A DNA stretch of 64,000 nt from positions 62,448-126,447 of IMG/VR virus record IMGVR_UViG_3300042691_037870; one strand, given 5' to 3'. The first letter of the stretch is position 1. Each line of letters begins with the position of its first letter. Origin of the DNA: a virus. Shown here piece after piece: positions 48,612 through 57,960 of this stretch. The notes beneath the pieces are model-generated. The model was not told the DNA's origin. It made no database searches and saw nothing but the letters and a program-made list of their open reading frames with translations. The position numbers were made by a program, and so were the translations under genes.

Positions 48612-49286
48612 TTATTTAACTTTGCTATTAATATCAGAATAACTTTTTCTTTGTATTATCAAATAAGGGTTAGTAATTAAGTATCTGTTCTTATTCTTTT
48701 TGTCATCACGAATAAGTTTACGAAGAGCACGATCAGCAAAATACCCACGTTCAAATAGATTTTTCATTCTATCATAGATATCTTGAGTATTGCGAATGAT
48801 GTATGATTGAGAATTCCAAACGCTGACAGCAATATCTAAACCAGGCAAATATTCTTCTTTTTTATCATTTTTTGGATTTCTTAATCCACCTAAATAAATA
48901 AGATCCCAATCATCGGTTGTATTAATTGCTTTACTTATTGCTTCGTTAAAACTTTTAGGGTCTTTAATTTGAAAGTCATCTTCAAGCATGATAGCAATTT
49001 TAGTACCATCTGTTCCATATTCTTTTAAGAATTGTTCAATACAACGGACATGAGTAATACCACAACCAAATAATCCTTTTTGTGCTACTTCATCTTTTGT
49101 CACATGTCGATACTCACGATTAAGATAAGATTCCAATTCATCTTTTGGGTAATCTTTCCAATGAGTTGACATAAAGTATTCATAATTTTTTATATCAGCT
49201 GCTTGTAATTCTATATCGCATTCATCTCTACGGTCTTGACGAGACGCAAGATTCATTATGTAATATTTACTTACTTCTTTTAACAT
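48612..49286 (-). CDS. GT25-family glycosyltransferase
   Basis: MNL..RQDRR, GC..TH, MLEDD and WDLIYLGG motifs; probable start MLKEV at 49286. Confidence 0.85.
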   Translation of the reverse strand: MLKEVSKYYIMNLASRQDRRDECDIELQAADIKNYEYFMSTHWKDYPKDELESYLNREYRHVTKDEVAQKGLFGCGITHVRCIEQFLKEYGTDGTKIAIMLEDDFQIKDPKSFNEAISKAINTTDDWDLIYLGGLRNPKNDKKEEYLPGLDIAVSVWNSQSYIIRNTQDIYDRMKNLFERGYFADRALRKLIRDDKKNKNRYLITNPYLIIQRKSYSDINSKVK

Positions 49287-50680
49287 AATTCTTTTATTAA
49301 GTTTGTTTCTTTTAATTTGTTTCTCCAGTTGGTTACCCACCCGTTAACATCAAAATGTTCTTGCATTTCTTTCAAGATAGCAAGTCTTTCTTTTTCATTC
49401 TTATCGTAGTATTCAACTCGCTCACGTAATTCATCGGCATTCTTAACGGTTAGCTTTTCTTGAAATTTAAGAGGGATCCAAATACCTTCAGGGTCATACA
49501 TAAAATCAAAAATGGGTAATACTCCAAAATAAAGGTATTGAATATGACGATAAGTTAATCCGCCATTTGCTGAAACGTTTCTTGAAATAAAAGCAGTTTT
49601 ACATTTCTTAAGAACATTCATATATTCACCGTTTGGCATAAAGTCGCCACGGAAATTAGGATGTGCTTCAACTTCTTTACCTAAAGCATCAAAAGTTTCT
49701 TTATCCATTCCATAGATTAAACTTAACTTAAAATAAAGTTCTGCGCCTGGGTATGAAAAATCTTTAAAGAAATCTCTCCAAATCCACTTTCTTGCACCTT
49801 TATCATTTAATAAAGATCCTGCAAAGAAAAACGGAATTTTACCTCGTGAATCAAATTCATCAAGTAAGTTTTTCTTTTCAGGTTTAATGTTTTGCCAATG
49901 TGGTTCATAAACAAGATGTTGTAATTCACTGATTGGAGATGCATGAAGATTTCTTAAATGCCTTTTATCATCAGTAAAGTACCAAAATTTATGATTAACT
50001 TTTTTGTACTCAAAAAATGGTATTGCAGCAGAAGGATCCATAATCATAATATGAACTTTTGCATTATACATTTTTGAAACATGCTCCACGGTTGATAGCA
50101 TGATATTCTTATACATGTATCTAAATGCAAGTGGGGAAAATCCTTTTGCAGTGATACTAAATAATCTGTCATTAGTTTCACGAATTGCTTCAAGGACTTC
50201 TAAATCATCATCATCAAATGAATCAAAATAATCGTTAAATAAACCTTTAAGTTTTGGGTGTGTTGATAGCGGATTAAAAGGTAACATCAAGTTGTGATTA
50301 TCAATTATAATGATAGCATCAAATTGAGGTTCTTCTTTAAAGAAATCAATAATACATTCATCAATTTTGTTTTGATTATGTTCGTCTGATGTTTCTAATT
50401 CTTTCTTGCGAAATAGGTTACCTGATGCAGGATCTTTAAATATGCTATATTCACCTTTGTTTAAACGATAAACATTGGTTAAACCAAAAGCTTCTATTGA
50501 TTTTAACCCACCTTCAAAAAAGTAATAGATGTTATACTTTTCTTTCAGAATTTCCACAAGAGGAAAAACATATCCGTATGTATATTCACGTGTTTCAATT
50601 TGTGAAAGTGTAATTAAAAGATTCTTTTTGTTAGGATCGTTTTCAACAAAGTTTCTTTTTTCAAATTTGAATTTTTTCAT
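49280..50680 (-). CDS. Second BGT-like (GT-B) glycosyltransferase
   Basis: FFFAGS...LTYRH......VLPIFD..YDP...L.V.NADEL parallels the 47170 gene and T4 BGT. Confidence 0.55.
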   Translation of the reverse strand: MKKFKFEKRNFVENDPNKKNLLITLSQIETREYTYGYVFPLVEILKEKYNIYYFFEGGLKSIEAFGLTNVYRLNKGEYSIFKDPASGNLFRKKELETSDEHNQNKIDECIIDFFKEEPQFDAIIIIDNHNLMLPFNPLSTHPKLKGLFNDYFDSFDDDDLEVLEAIRETNDRLFSITAKGFSPLAFRYMYKNIMLSTVEHVSKMYNAKVHIMIMDPSAAIPFFEYKKVNHKFWYFTDDKRHLRNLHASPISELQHLVYEPHWQNIKPEKKNLLDEFDSRGKIPFFFAGSLLNDKGARKWIWRDFFKDFSYPGAELYFKLSLIYGMDKETFDALGKEVEAHPNFRGDFMPNGEYMNVLKKCKTAFISRNVSANGGLTYRHIQYLYFGVLPIFDFMYDPEGIWIPLKFQEKLTVKNADELRERVEYYDKNEKERLAILKEMQEHFDVNGWVTNWRNKLKETNLIKELC

Positions 50681-51471
50681 AAGTACTGACTAATTAACCA
50701 AGTATGTGAACTTTTTTGTGGGTTTTCTAAAATTTCTTTTTCAGTATACAGGTTTACATCTTTAAGATTTTGGGAATCGTATAAATGAACACTGTATGTA
50801 TTAAGTGTAATCTTATCAGGTCTAAATTGATGAAACAGTTCTTCTATTTTATAATGACTATATGGGTAAAAGAAATCCGACTTTACAATTTCAAAAGTAC
50901 CTGCAAGTTCTGGATCTTTACTTAAAGTTCTATGTACTCTTACACTTAATTCATCCCAGTATTTATCTCTACCTTTAGAACGAAAGTCTTTCCACATACC
51001 CAACCAAGTCTTTAAGTATTTTGAGTTAGGCGGCGCTACTATTACACCATTACCCATTGTCATTTTACGATTACTTAAATCACCTACAATATGAACATTG
51101 CGTTTAAGTAATGGGTCAAAATTCTTAACAGTAATTGTATCAAAATCACAATATACACCGCCTTGTGAAAGTAAAAGCTGTATACGAAACACATCAGAAA
51201 TATGTGCTGGGTGATGTAATGTATTTCCAAAAATGCTTTCTTGAGGTTGTACTATATGAAGTTTACAGTACTTACTTGCTCTTTCCCAATATTCACCAGT
51301 AGGCATTTCATTGGTAAAAAAGTTAATTTCATAATCAGGGTTATGAAACGCAAAAGACTTTACAGCTATATACCGCATAAGATCCCACTCAGTAGATCTT
51401 TTGCTTTTTTGATTATAGAAGTAAATAAAATGTCCTTTTTTCGATATTTTTATATTGTCTGTGAATAACAT
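50677..51471 (-). CDS. GT32/DXD-family glycosyltransferase
   Basis: AVKS...HNPD, AHISDVFR..LL...GGVYCDFD, FYP and HLY motifs. Confidence 0.85.
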   Translation of the reverse strand: MLFTDNIKISKKGHFIYFYNQKSKRSTEWDLMRYIAVKSFAFHNPDYEINFFTNEMPTGEYWERASKYCKLHIVQPQESIFGNTLHHPAHISDVFRIQLLLSQGGVYCDFDTITVKNFDPLLKRNVHIVGDLSNRKMTMGNGVIVAPPNSKYLKTWLGMWKDFRSKGRDKYWDELSVRVHRTLSKDPELAGTFEIVKSDFFYPYSHYKIEELFHQFRPDKITLNTYSVHLYDSQNLKDVNLYTEKEILENPQKSSHTWLISQYL

Positions 51472-51486
51472 AGGTAAGCGGTTTCT

Positions 51487-52083
51487 TTATATATACGAAC
51501 CTAAATTAAAGTAGATAGGTTTATAAACAATTTTAAAGTTTTTTATGATATCACGATGTGCTTCATGAAAACTTAAAGCTGCATTTAATCCAAACTCGCT
51601 ATCTTCATGTATAATTAAAGTATCTTCCTCAGAATTAAACTCATGTTCAATTTGAGAAAAAGCATAGTTGTATAAATCTGGAGAAGGCTTACGACTTACA
51701 CCTTGATAAACATCTGAACCTATAAGTTGAGAAAAATGATCTGACAGTTTGAGTTTTTCTAACATTTCATAAATAACATCATGAGTAGTATTTGATACTA
51801 TGATATGTTTTTCAGAAGGATGAAACTGATTCTTTAAAACTTCAACATCTTTCCAGTATTTGCTTAAATAGATTTCGTTCTTATTTTTTTTAACTTCAAG
51901 AATTTCTTCTGAAGTAAACCCATGTTCAGCCATGTACCCGTTAGAATTTGCATAAAGTTTATCAAATTCTTTAGGTGTTAGTTTAATGTCTTTAACTTGT
52001 TGTAAAGCATACTTGTATGATGAAAATATCGCATATCTTGTTAGTACGATAGTATCATCCCAATCATAAAAATTCCATTTCAT
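51487..52083 (-). CDS. HAD-family phosphatase
   Basis: DWDDT, VSN, RKPSPD and EDS..G motifs. Confidence 0.85.
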   Translation of the reverse strand: MKWNFYDWDDTIVLTRYAIFSSYKYALQQVKDIKLTPKEFDKLYANSNGYMAEHGFTSEEILEVKKNKNEIYLSKYWKDVEVLKNQFHPSEKHIIVSNTTHDVIYEMLEKLKLSDHFSQLIGSDVYQGVSRKPSPDLYNYAFSQIEHEFNSEEDTLIIHEDSEFGLNAALSFHEAHRDIIKNFKIVYKPIYFNLGSYI

Positions 52084-52763
52084 TATACGTATTCCAATTC
52101 TTCTCGGCTTGTGATATCAAACCAATGCATATTAAGTGGATGCACGCCTCGTGATTCGCCAAGGTTAAACAATTCAGTAATTTCATATTCTCCTCTACGA
52201 GAAGGCTGTAATTCTTTTACTTTTTCTATCATATGTTGATTAAACATCATAAAGCCAACAAAGAATCTGCCCTCATCATAAAGATGTGGTTTTTCAATAA
52301 TTGTGTTATCATCTTCTACATATGATAATCTGAGGTTTTCTTTACTCTTGGTAAAAGTTTTATAAGTAGCAACACAATCGTGAGATTCACCTGTAAAGTC
52401 AATTAATCCATCATAGTAATTATCACCAAATAAGACAATAAATTTTTCTTTAACTTTATTTACCCAAGGAAAAAGTGCAACTGCTGTTCCATACTTATCT
52501 TCAGGTTGGTGATCAATTTCAATTGATAGCTTATTAGTTTCATTTAACTGATAGTCTTTAACTAATGTTTGTGAAATTTTTTCTACTTCACGATTAATAT
52601 CAGCACCAAACTTTTCATTGGTTGTAATGTAAATAGTACGAATACCGTTTTCAATACAAAAACGAATATTCCACTCGAGTAAAGATTTTTTCTTAAAGAC
52701 GGTAAGAACCTTATTTCCACCGTATCTTGTTGCGGAGCCGCCGCAGAGAATAATGCCTGTCAT
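52083..52763 (-). CDS. Sugar-phosphate nucleotidyltransferase (RmlA-like)
   Basis: GIILCGGSATR...K, Q....GTA, LFGDN, EKP, PSRRGEYEIT and WFDI motifs. Confidence 0.88.
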   Translation of the reverse strand: MTGIILCGGSATRYGGNKVLTVFKKKSLLEWNIRFCIENGIRTIYITTNEKFGADINREVEKISQTLVKDYQLNETNKLSIEIDHQPEDKYGTAVALFPWVNKVKEKFIVLFGDNYYDGLIDFTGESHDCVATYKTFTKSKENLRLSYVEDDNTIIEKPHLYDEGRFFVGFMMFNQHMIEKVKELQPSRRGEYEITELFNLGESRGVHPLNMHWFDITSREELEYV

Positions 52764-53527
52764 AAAATTTTTAAAAGTATTTGAAATTCAGCGTATCTTT
52801 GATAGTAAACGATAAAGTTTTTCTTTATGTAAGGAAACATACGAATATAATTTGCAATCATCAGTAAATGAATTAACCTAAAGATTTCTGGGTATTCATT
52901 TTTAGGTACTAATTGTGAAAACTCAAAAGTTTTCTTCATATCATTAAAGTATATGTTTTGGTAAAACTTGGCAATGTCTTGTAACCAAGATGACCACATG
53001 CCTTCTTTATAGATAGGATCTATCAGTACTAAACGATCACCAGATACCAAGATGTTTTCCATTGTAAAGTCACCGTGAGATGTACTTTTAAAAAGATCAA
53101 AATCTTGTGTATACTTTTTTAGAGTATCGTAATATTTTTGTAAAAGATCTAATTCGTCTTTCTCAAAAACATCAGTATTCTTGTTAATTACATCTTTAAG
53201 ATAATTAATGTAAGTTGTAAATGAAGGGATTTCTTTATCAGACTGTAGATTTGCGCATACATTAATTAACTCAAAAACTTGTGGTAAATGATAATCTTCA
53301 ATTCTTTCAGCATTATCAATGTATTCCATTAAGTAACCCCATCTGCCAGGTTCTTCATGCCATTCAATATTACGAGGTGCAATTATAGAATCTTTAGAAG
53401 CTATAAGTTTAAGATGATTCATTTGTTCTTTCATAAATGAAATTCTTGCAGAATCATTTGTGTACTTATAAATTCTATCATCTCTCATTACGAATAATTC
53501 AGATGTATAGCCTATATGTTTTTTCAT
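52760..53527 (-). CDS. APH/choline-kinase-like phosphotransferase
   Basis: HGDFTMENIL, LIDP and DIAK motifs. Confidence 0.85.
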   Translation of the reverse strand: MKKHIGYTSELFVMRDDRIYKYTNDSARISFMKEQMNHLKLIASKDSIIAPRNIEWHEEPGRWGYLMEYIDNAERIEDYHLPQVFELINVCANLQSDKEIPSFTTYINYLKDVINKNTDVFEKDELDLLQKYYDTLKKYTQDFDLFKSTSHGDFTMENILVSGDRLVLIDPIYKEGMWSSWLQDIAKFYQNIYFNDMKKTFEFSQLVPKNEYPEIFRLIHLLMIANYIRMFPYIKKNFIVYYQRYAEFQILLKIL

Positions 53528-53544
53528 TTAATAGTAATTTAATT

Positions 53545-53570
53545 TTATATACATTAACTTGGATAAAGTT
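53545..53570 (-). promoter_or_regulatory. Class II promoter heading the modification operon
   Basis: GAACTTT...TATAA with a 17-nt spacer. Confidence 0.65.
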
Positions 53571-53593
53571 CTAAAACAACTAAAGACCTCAAT

Positions 53594-53631
53594 AAAAAGG
53601 ATTAGGCATATATTAATATTTGCCTAATCCT
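53594..53631 (-). terminator. Intrinsic terminator
   Basis: AGGATTAGGCA/TGCCTAATCCT stem plus U-tract. Confidence 0.75.
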
Positions 53632-53656
53632 AAAAACTGAGGTTCATTAGAAGGTT

Positions 53657-54463
53657 TTAATTTACTTCAATATCCACATTGTAGACATCTCCGAGATCTC
53701 CGTATTCTAAACAATCAATATAAGCAACTTTTTCAGTTTCCCATATTGTGCTTTGTGGAGTATGTCCAACGATTTGAAAATAACCATCAATTGCATGATT
53801 ATTTAATATGTGAGGTCTTACCCAAAGCGGGCCTGCCCATCTTTGCCATCCGCCTGAAATACGGTCTACATTATAAATAGAACTTAACTTCATTTCCCAA
53901 CCTAAGTTAAGTTTTTCATCAATCGTTGCTTCTTTATAATGCTGAGCAACATCAAAAAATCTGCCATCAGCTTTGAAAAGTTCTGTTTCAAATTCTTTAT
54001 ACCATTCAGTAGTAACTCCTGCATGCGTCCAAAGATAATTTTCAATTCTATAAGCAAGTTGAAAAAGATTATTGTTCTTTACATACAGTTCATAAAAATC
54101 ATGTTTCATTTCAGCTCTATAACCTGAACATTGTTGATCACTTACTATGTAATGAACATCATGATTACCTAAAAGTAAAACCACTTTATCCGGTAGAACT
54201 GTTTTAAAGAATATGATATCTTCAAGATTCTTTTTCATATCAATATTTTTAATACTAAAAGAATCTACATAATCACCAACAAAAATGATCTTATCGACAT
54301 TTTTAAATCCATAAATTTCAGGATTCCAAGAATCTTCAACAGGACCCCCATTTGCTACAACTCCTTTCCAAGTTTCAAATTCCTCTGGTGAACCGTGTGT
54401 AAAGTACATCCAATCGTTTCTACCGTGAATGTCTCCAATTGACATTGTTTTAATCGTTTTCAT
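53657..54463 (-). CDS. Metallophosphoesterase (Ser/Thr phosphatase-like)
   Basis: GDIHG, GDYVD, GNHD, HAG and GHT motifs. Confidence 0.9.
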   Translation of the reverse strand: MKTIKTMSIGDIHGRNDWMYFTHGSPEEFETWKGVVANGGPVEDSWNPEIYGFKNVDKIIFVGDYVDSFSIKNIDMKKNLEDIIFFKTVLPDKVVLLLGNHDVHYIVSDQQCSGYRAEMKHDFYELYVKNNNLFQLAYRIENYLWTHAGVTTEWYKEFETELFKADGRFFDVAQHYKEATIDEKLNLGWEMKLSSIYNVDRISGGWQRWAGPLWVRPHILNNHAIDGYFQIVGHTPQSTIWETEKVAYIDCLEYGDLGDVYNVDIEVN

Positions 54464-54494
54464 AATTTTCTTATCAAATAGTAGATGTATTTAA

Positions 54495-54589
54495 TTATAT
54501 TACTTAAATACATAAAAGTTTTAATTTGGTAAAACAAAAATAAAACAAAAAACCCAGATTAAAAAATATCTGGGGGTAAAGTTATTAAC
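54495..54589 (-). promoter_or_regulatory. Tandem class II (54495-54520) and class I (54535-54589) promoters
   Basis: AACT-N17-TATAA; GTTAATAAC box plus TATTTTTG with a CCCAGAT/ATCTGGG hairpin. Confidence 0.7.
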
Positions 54590-54610
54590 AAAAACAGTGT
54601 TTTGCGGTAA

Positions 54611-54886
54611 TTACTTTTTAGTTAATACTAATTTGTAGTTAGGGTTTAATTGATAAATTTGATCAAAAACGTCAGTATCAGTATTTGCTTCATTTAATAA
54701 TACTCCTCTTTGCCAAACTTCTTCAGATTTTTTTATGTACTTATCTTCATCTATATTTAGAAAAAGATAACATTGCTCTTTAATTTGCTTAACTGTAAGC
54801 GAGTATTCTGATGTTAGCTTAATAACTTTTTTAAATAAGAGACCTTCTTTTTCTAAGCCAACGGTTGCAGTTATTTGATATTTCAT
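54611..54886 (-). CDS. Hypothetical protein
   Basis: 91 aa. Confidence 0.65.
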   Translation of the reverse strand: MKYQITATVGLEKEGLLFKKVIKLTSEYSLTVKQIKEQCYLFLNIDEDKYIKKSEEVWQRGVLLNEANTDTDVFDQIYQLNPNYKLVLTKK

Positions 54887-54910
54887 ATTTTCATTTTATA
54901 TTTTAATGTA

Positions 54911-57517
54911 TTAGTCCCACCAGACCCATTCATTAATATTATAATCCCAACCATCTTTATTAACTGTCTTTGTAATATAAGTAGTGGGTGTGATTGCGTA
55001 TGTAATTAAATCAGAATTAGATTCTATGCCTAATACAACATAAACTCTATCACCAGAAACTCTCAAGCTATATAAATAGTCAAAGTCGGTTGTAATAGTT
55101 TGAATTAAGCTTCCTTCAATATCATATACATCTATTACATACTTATTATCGTTTTCTGCATCCGGCCAGGCATTATAAAGATGTGTTTTATTTAAGTCAT
55201 ACTCACCCAAGAACCCATTAAGTTGAACTTCTGCAGGAGGTGTCACATCTGAGGATAATATATATGCTTCATCTTGACTTATTATAATAAGAGTATTTCC
55301 ATCTCTATGATAGTCAATATAATTAGTGTTAAAATTTCGATATATATCAATAAAATCAGCAGTTCCGAGCTGAGTGATTGTGTTTCCTAACGATCCTTGT
55401 GCTGAATTCCACCAATATGTTAAATTCTGACTGTAATCAGCCATATAAAAGGTATCATAATTAGTACCCCAAAAATTATTTGTAGTAGTCCAAATCCAAT
55501 CATCATCTATAAACCCCTCTTGTTGAATATCCCAAATTCCCCAGAATTGTGTGTTGGGTGCTTGACTATCATCATTATGCGTTAGTAGAACATATTCATC
55601 TCCAAGTGCAACAGTATTAAAATAAGGACCTGTACTTTCATAATTCGTTACTGTCTCTATTAAATCAATACTACCGTTTTGTTTTAACTTAAGCAATTGT
55701 AATTTAGTAGAATCTGGAAAATTCACATAAAGTAAAAATGGTACAGCAAGTCCATCATCATTTGTAGATAACCCAAATGTTGTAACTTCTTTAATATCTA
55801 TTGTGATATTATCAATAGGAGCAGAACCACCAATCATATCTCCCATGATTATTACCTGATCATCAGGGCTGTATCCGTTACCCATTGTATTTACTGCAAT
55901 TGTGGAAATATTTCGATTAGAATCAGTAACCACATCAAATGTTACCGTATCTCCTGCAAAACCGGTAGGGTTTATTACAGCAACATTTGTGTAAGTCTGA
56001 TTTTCTCCGTATGGCCCAGGATTTGCTGGCAGAGGTAAGATAGGATCAATCTGAAGAACTCCACCAGTTTCAGGTTCATATGAATATAGTTCACCTGTAA
56101 CTGCATTAGACCAAATTATTTTTAGAGGAAAATATCTAGTCATTCTCCCGTCAGACATACTATCTTTATAAATACACACTGCAAAAGATTCATCGCCAAA
56201 TGGTGATGGCGACCAAGAAGAAAAACTTTTAAGCGAATTAGATTGAATTTCTTGATAACTACCGTAGACTTTATTATAATCAAAAGATATAAACCAGCAG
56301 CCAAGATCATCAGGATTAATACTTATAATTGTGTCATCTAAACCGTTAGCATCCGCATGTAGCCATATAATTAATTTATTTGTACCGATTAACCATTCTT
56401 GCTGGACAGTATTAGCATTATATACTGAAATATCAATGTCAGTATATGTGCCATCAGTTTGAATTATTCTTAAGGTTTCTACGCGTTCTCCTTGGAATAC
56501 AACTTCTTGCTCTTCGGAGCTACCCTGGACGTTTTCATTTATAGTAATAGTTGTGCCATCAATATCAATTACATAGGGAGTTAAGCCTGTAAAAGTACTA
56601 ATATCTGGGATTGCATATCCTATTTTAATTTCTGGATTAGGCTCGAGTAATGTTATAAAATTATCACCCTCGTTATAAGATACAGTACTTTCTGTACTAC
56701 TTTCTTCTCCTATTACAATATACATAAAATTACCTACACTTTTCAGCCCATTACCGTAATCAGGACCGAGAATATCCGTAATCTCTGTTATAACTCCTGT
56801 ATGTGCATTAACTAAGTAAGTTCTTGTTTTTTCAAGAACAGTATCGTAATAGTAAATAGAAAATGTTCCATCTATTGTACAGCTATCCCAACTAAACCAA
56901 TCATAGTATACATACTCATCACTAACGTTATTAAAAGTTTCTGTGTAAATCGTATCTCCTCCCCACCATTTAAGGGTTACTAACCCGGATATTGGGTCTG
57001 TGTATGATAATAAAGAAGCAAATCCATCTAAAGAACCATTGTTACGTGATGAATTACCAATATTAACAGTTTCTATAAGATTTCCACCTGCATCTATGAA
57101 GTAAAAAATTCTGTTATTTGAAGAATCAACTTTTTCAAAGATCCAGCCTCGGCCTTCAACCAGTCCTGTAAATTCCAAGTCATTTACAGATGTATAATCA
57201 GGGTCAAGTTCAATCTCTTCGCTAAAAGTTAAATTGTCATAATTAACTATAAAGAATTTAAGAGCACCTGATGAAAGATCTTCATAATAAACAGCTACGT
57301 GTTTTGCACTAATAACTTGTGCTTGCGGATTAACATTAGCAGAACCTCCCCCTCCAGCACCTCCGCTAGAAGATTGTGATTGTGATTGTGATTTCATAGC
57401 AGCCTCCCATAGCGCTTGCATTTCTTCTTCTTCTTGAAGCAATCTCCACTTGCGTTCAAGTTCAGATTGGTTAATACTTAAGTTTCTATGTCTATCAAAG
57501 AATTGATCTTTTCTCAT
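54911..57517 (-). CDS. Large acidic beta-rich putative virion (fibre/decoration) protein
   Basis: Short helical N-terminus, Gly linker, beta-rich body; GATATATA at 57534-57541. Confidence 0.55.
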   Translation of the reverse strand: MRKDQFFDRHRNLSINQSELERKWRLLQEEEEMQALWEAAMKSQSQSQSSSGGAGGGGSANVNPQAQVISAKHVAVYYEDLSSGALKFFIVNYDNLTFSEEIELDPDYTSVNDLEFTGLVEGRGWIFEKVDSSNNRIFYFIDAGGNLIETVNIGNSSRNNGSLDGFASLLSYTDPISGLVTLKWWGGDTIYTETFNNVSDEYVYYDWFSWDSCTIDGTFSIYYYDTVLEKTRTYLVNAHTGVITEITDILGPDYGNGLKSVGNFMYIVIGEESSTESTVSYNEGDNFITLLEPNPEIKIGYAIPDISTFTGLTPYVIDIDGTTITINENVQGSSEEQEVVFQGERVETLRIIQTDGTYTDIDISVYNANTVQQEWLIGTNKLIIWLHADANGLDDTIISINPDDLGCWFISFDYNKVYGSYQEIQSNSLKSFSSWSPSPFGDESFAVCIYKDSMSDGRMTRYFPLKIIWSNAVTGELYSYEPETGGVLQIDPILPLPANPGPYGENQTYTNVAVINPTGFAGDTVTFDVVTDSNRNISTIAVNTMGNGYSPDDQVIIMGDMIGGSAPIDNITIDIKEVTTFGLSTNDDGLAVPFLLYVNFPDSTKLQLLKLKQNGSIDLIETVTNYESTGPYFNTVALGDEYVLLTHNDDSQAPNTQFWGIWDIQQEGFIDDDWIWTTTNNFWGTNYDTFYMADYSQNLTYWWNSAQGSLGNTITQLGTADFIDIYRNFNTNYIDYHRDGNTLIIISQDEAYILSSDVTPPAEVQLNGFLGEYDLNKTHLYNAWPDAENDNKYVIDVYDIEGSLIQTITTDFDYLYSLRVSGDRVYVVLGIESNSDLITYAITPTTYITKTVNKDGWDYNINEWVWWD

Positions 57518-57557
57518 TAGATTTATTTTTTTCTATATATCTTTAACAGTATTACAT

Positions 57558-57583
57558 AAAAAGAGGTCCCAATTGGGACCTCT
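57558..57583 (-). terminator. Intrinsic terminator directly after the tRNA-like RNA
   Basis: Perfect palindrome AGAGGTCCC-AATT-GGGACCTCT plus U-tract. Confidence 0.85.
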
Positions 57584-57584
57584 A

Positions 57585-57702
57585 AGAGGGCGGCCGGACT
57601 TGCATCGGCGGCACGGCTATTTTCCTTCTAAGTACTTTTCTCGAGAACTTTTTCCTATCAATGAAGTACTGGAGCTTGCTCTACTACCTGAGCTACACCC
57701 TC
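57585..57702 (-). ncRNA. tRNA-like RNA (118 nt) with expanded anticodon arm
   Basis: Acceptor GAGGGTG/CGCCCTC, TA linker, D-arm GCTC-AGGTAGTA-GAGC, T-arm GCCGA-TGCAAGT-CCGGC; about 50 nt structured insert in place of the anticodon loop; no encoded CCA. Confidence 0.8.
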
Positions 57703-57876
57703 TTATAATTTAGATCTTAAAATATCAATTTCTTTTTCAAGACGTTTCTTATCACTGTCTGTAAGTGGTATTTTTACATCATGAGTTTTCTTTTGTGTTT
57801 TAACTCCACTTTTGAGTTGGTTCTCAAACATTTCTAATGCTCTTACTTGTCTTGAGCGTTTTTGTGCTGTTGCCAT
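57703..57876 (-). CDS. Small basic protein (57 aa)
   Basis: Below the track cutoff: MATAQKRSRQVRALEMFENQLKSG...EIDILRSKL; its TAA directly precedes nt 1 of the tRNA-like RNA. Confidence 0.7.
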   Translation of the reverse strand: MATAQKRSRQVRALEMFENQLKSGVKTQKKTHDVKIPLTDSDKKRLEKEIDILRSKL

Positions 57877-57895
57877 ATTATTAGTTATTCAGTGA

Positions 57896-57921
57896 TTATA
57901 TTCATGAGACAGGTAATAGTT
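57896..57921 (-). promoter_or_regulatory. Class II promoter for the 57-aa ORF and tRNA-like RNA
   Basis: GAACTAT...AATATAA with a 17-nt spacer. Confidence 0.65.
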
Positions 57922-57960
57922 CTCTAATTGTTAAAAAGTGGGGAGCCTACCCAGTTTTAT

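Noticed and set aside
23891-54589. Dispersed AT-rich intergenic repeats as MITEs/REP elements
   Set aside because: Fixed orientation and spacing relative to start codons and a match to the Bacteroidota -7/-33 consensus indicate promoters
57585-57702. Canonical tRNA call
   Set aside because: No 7-nt anticodon loop, a weak anticodon stem and a TGC T-loop; no anticodon can be assigned
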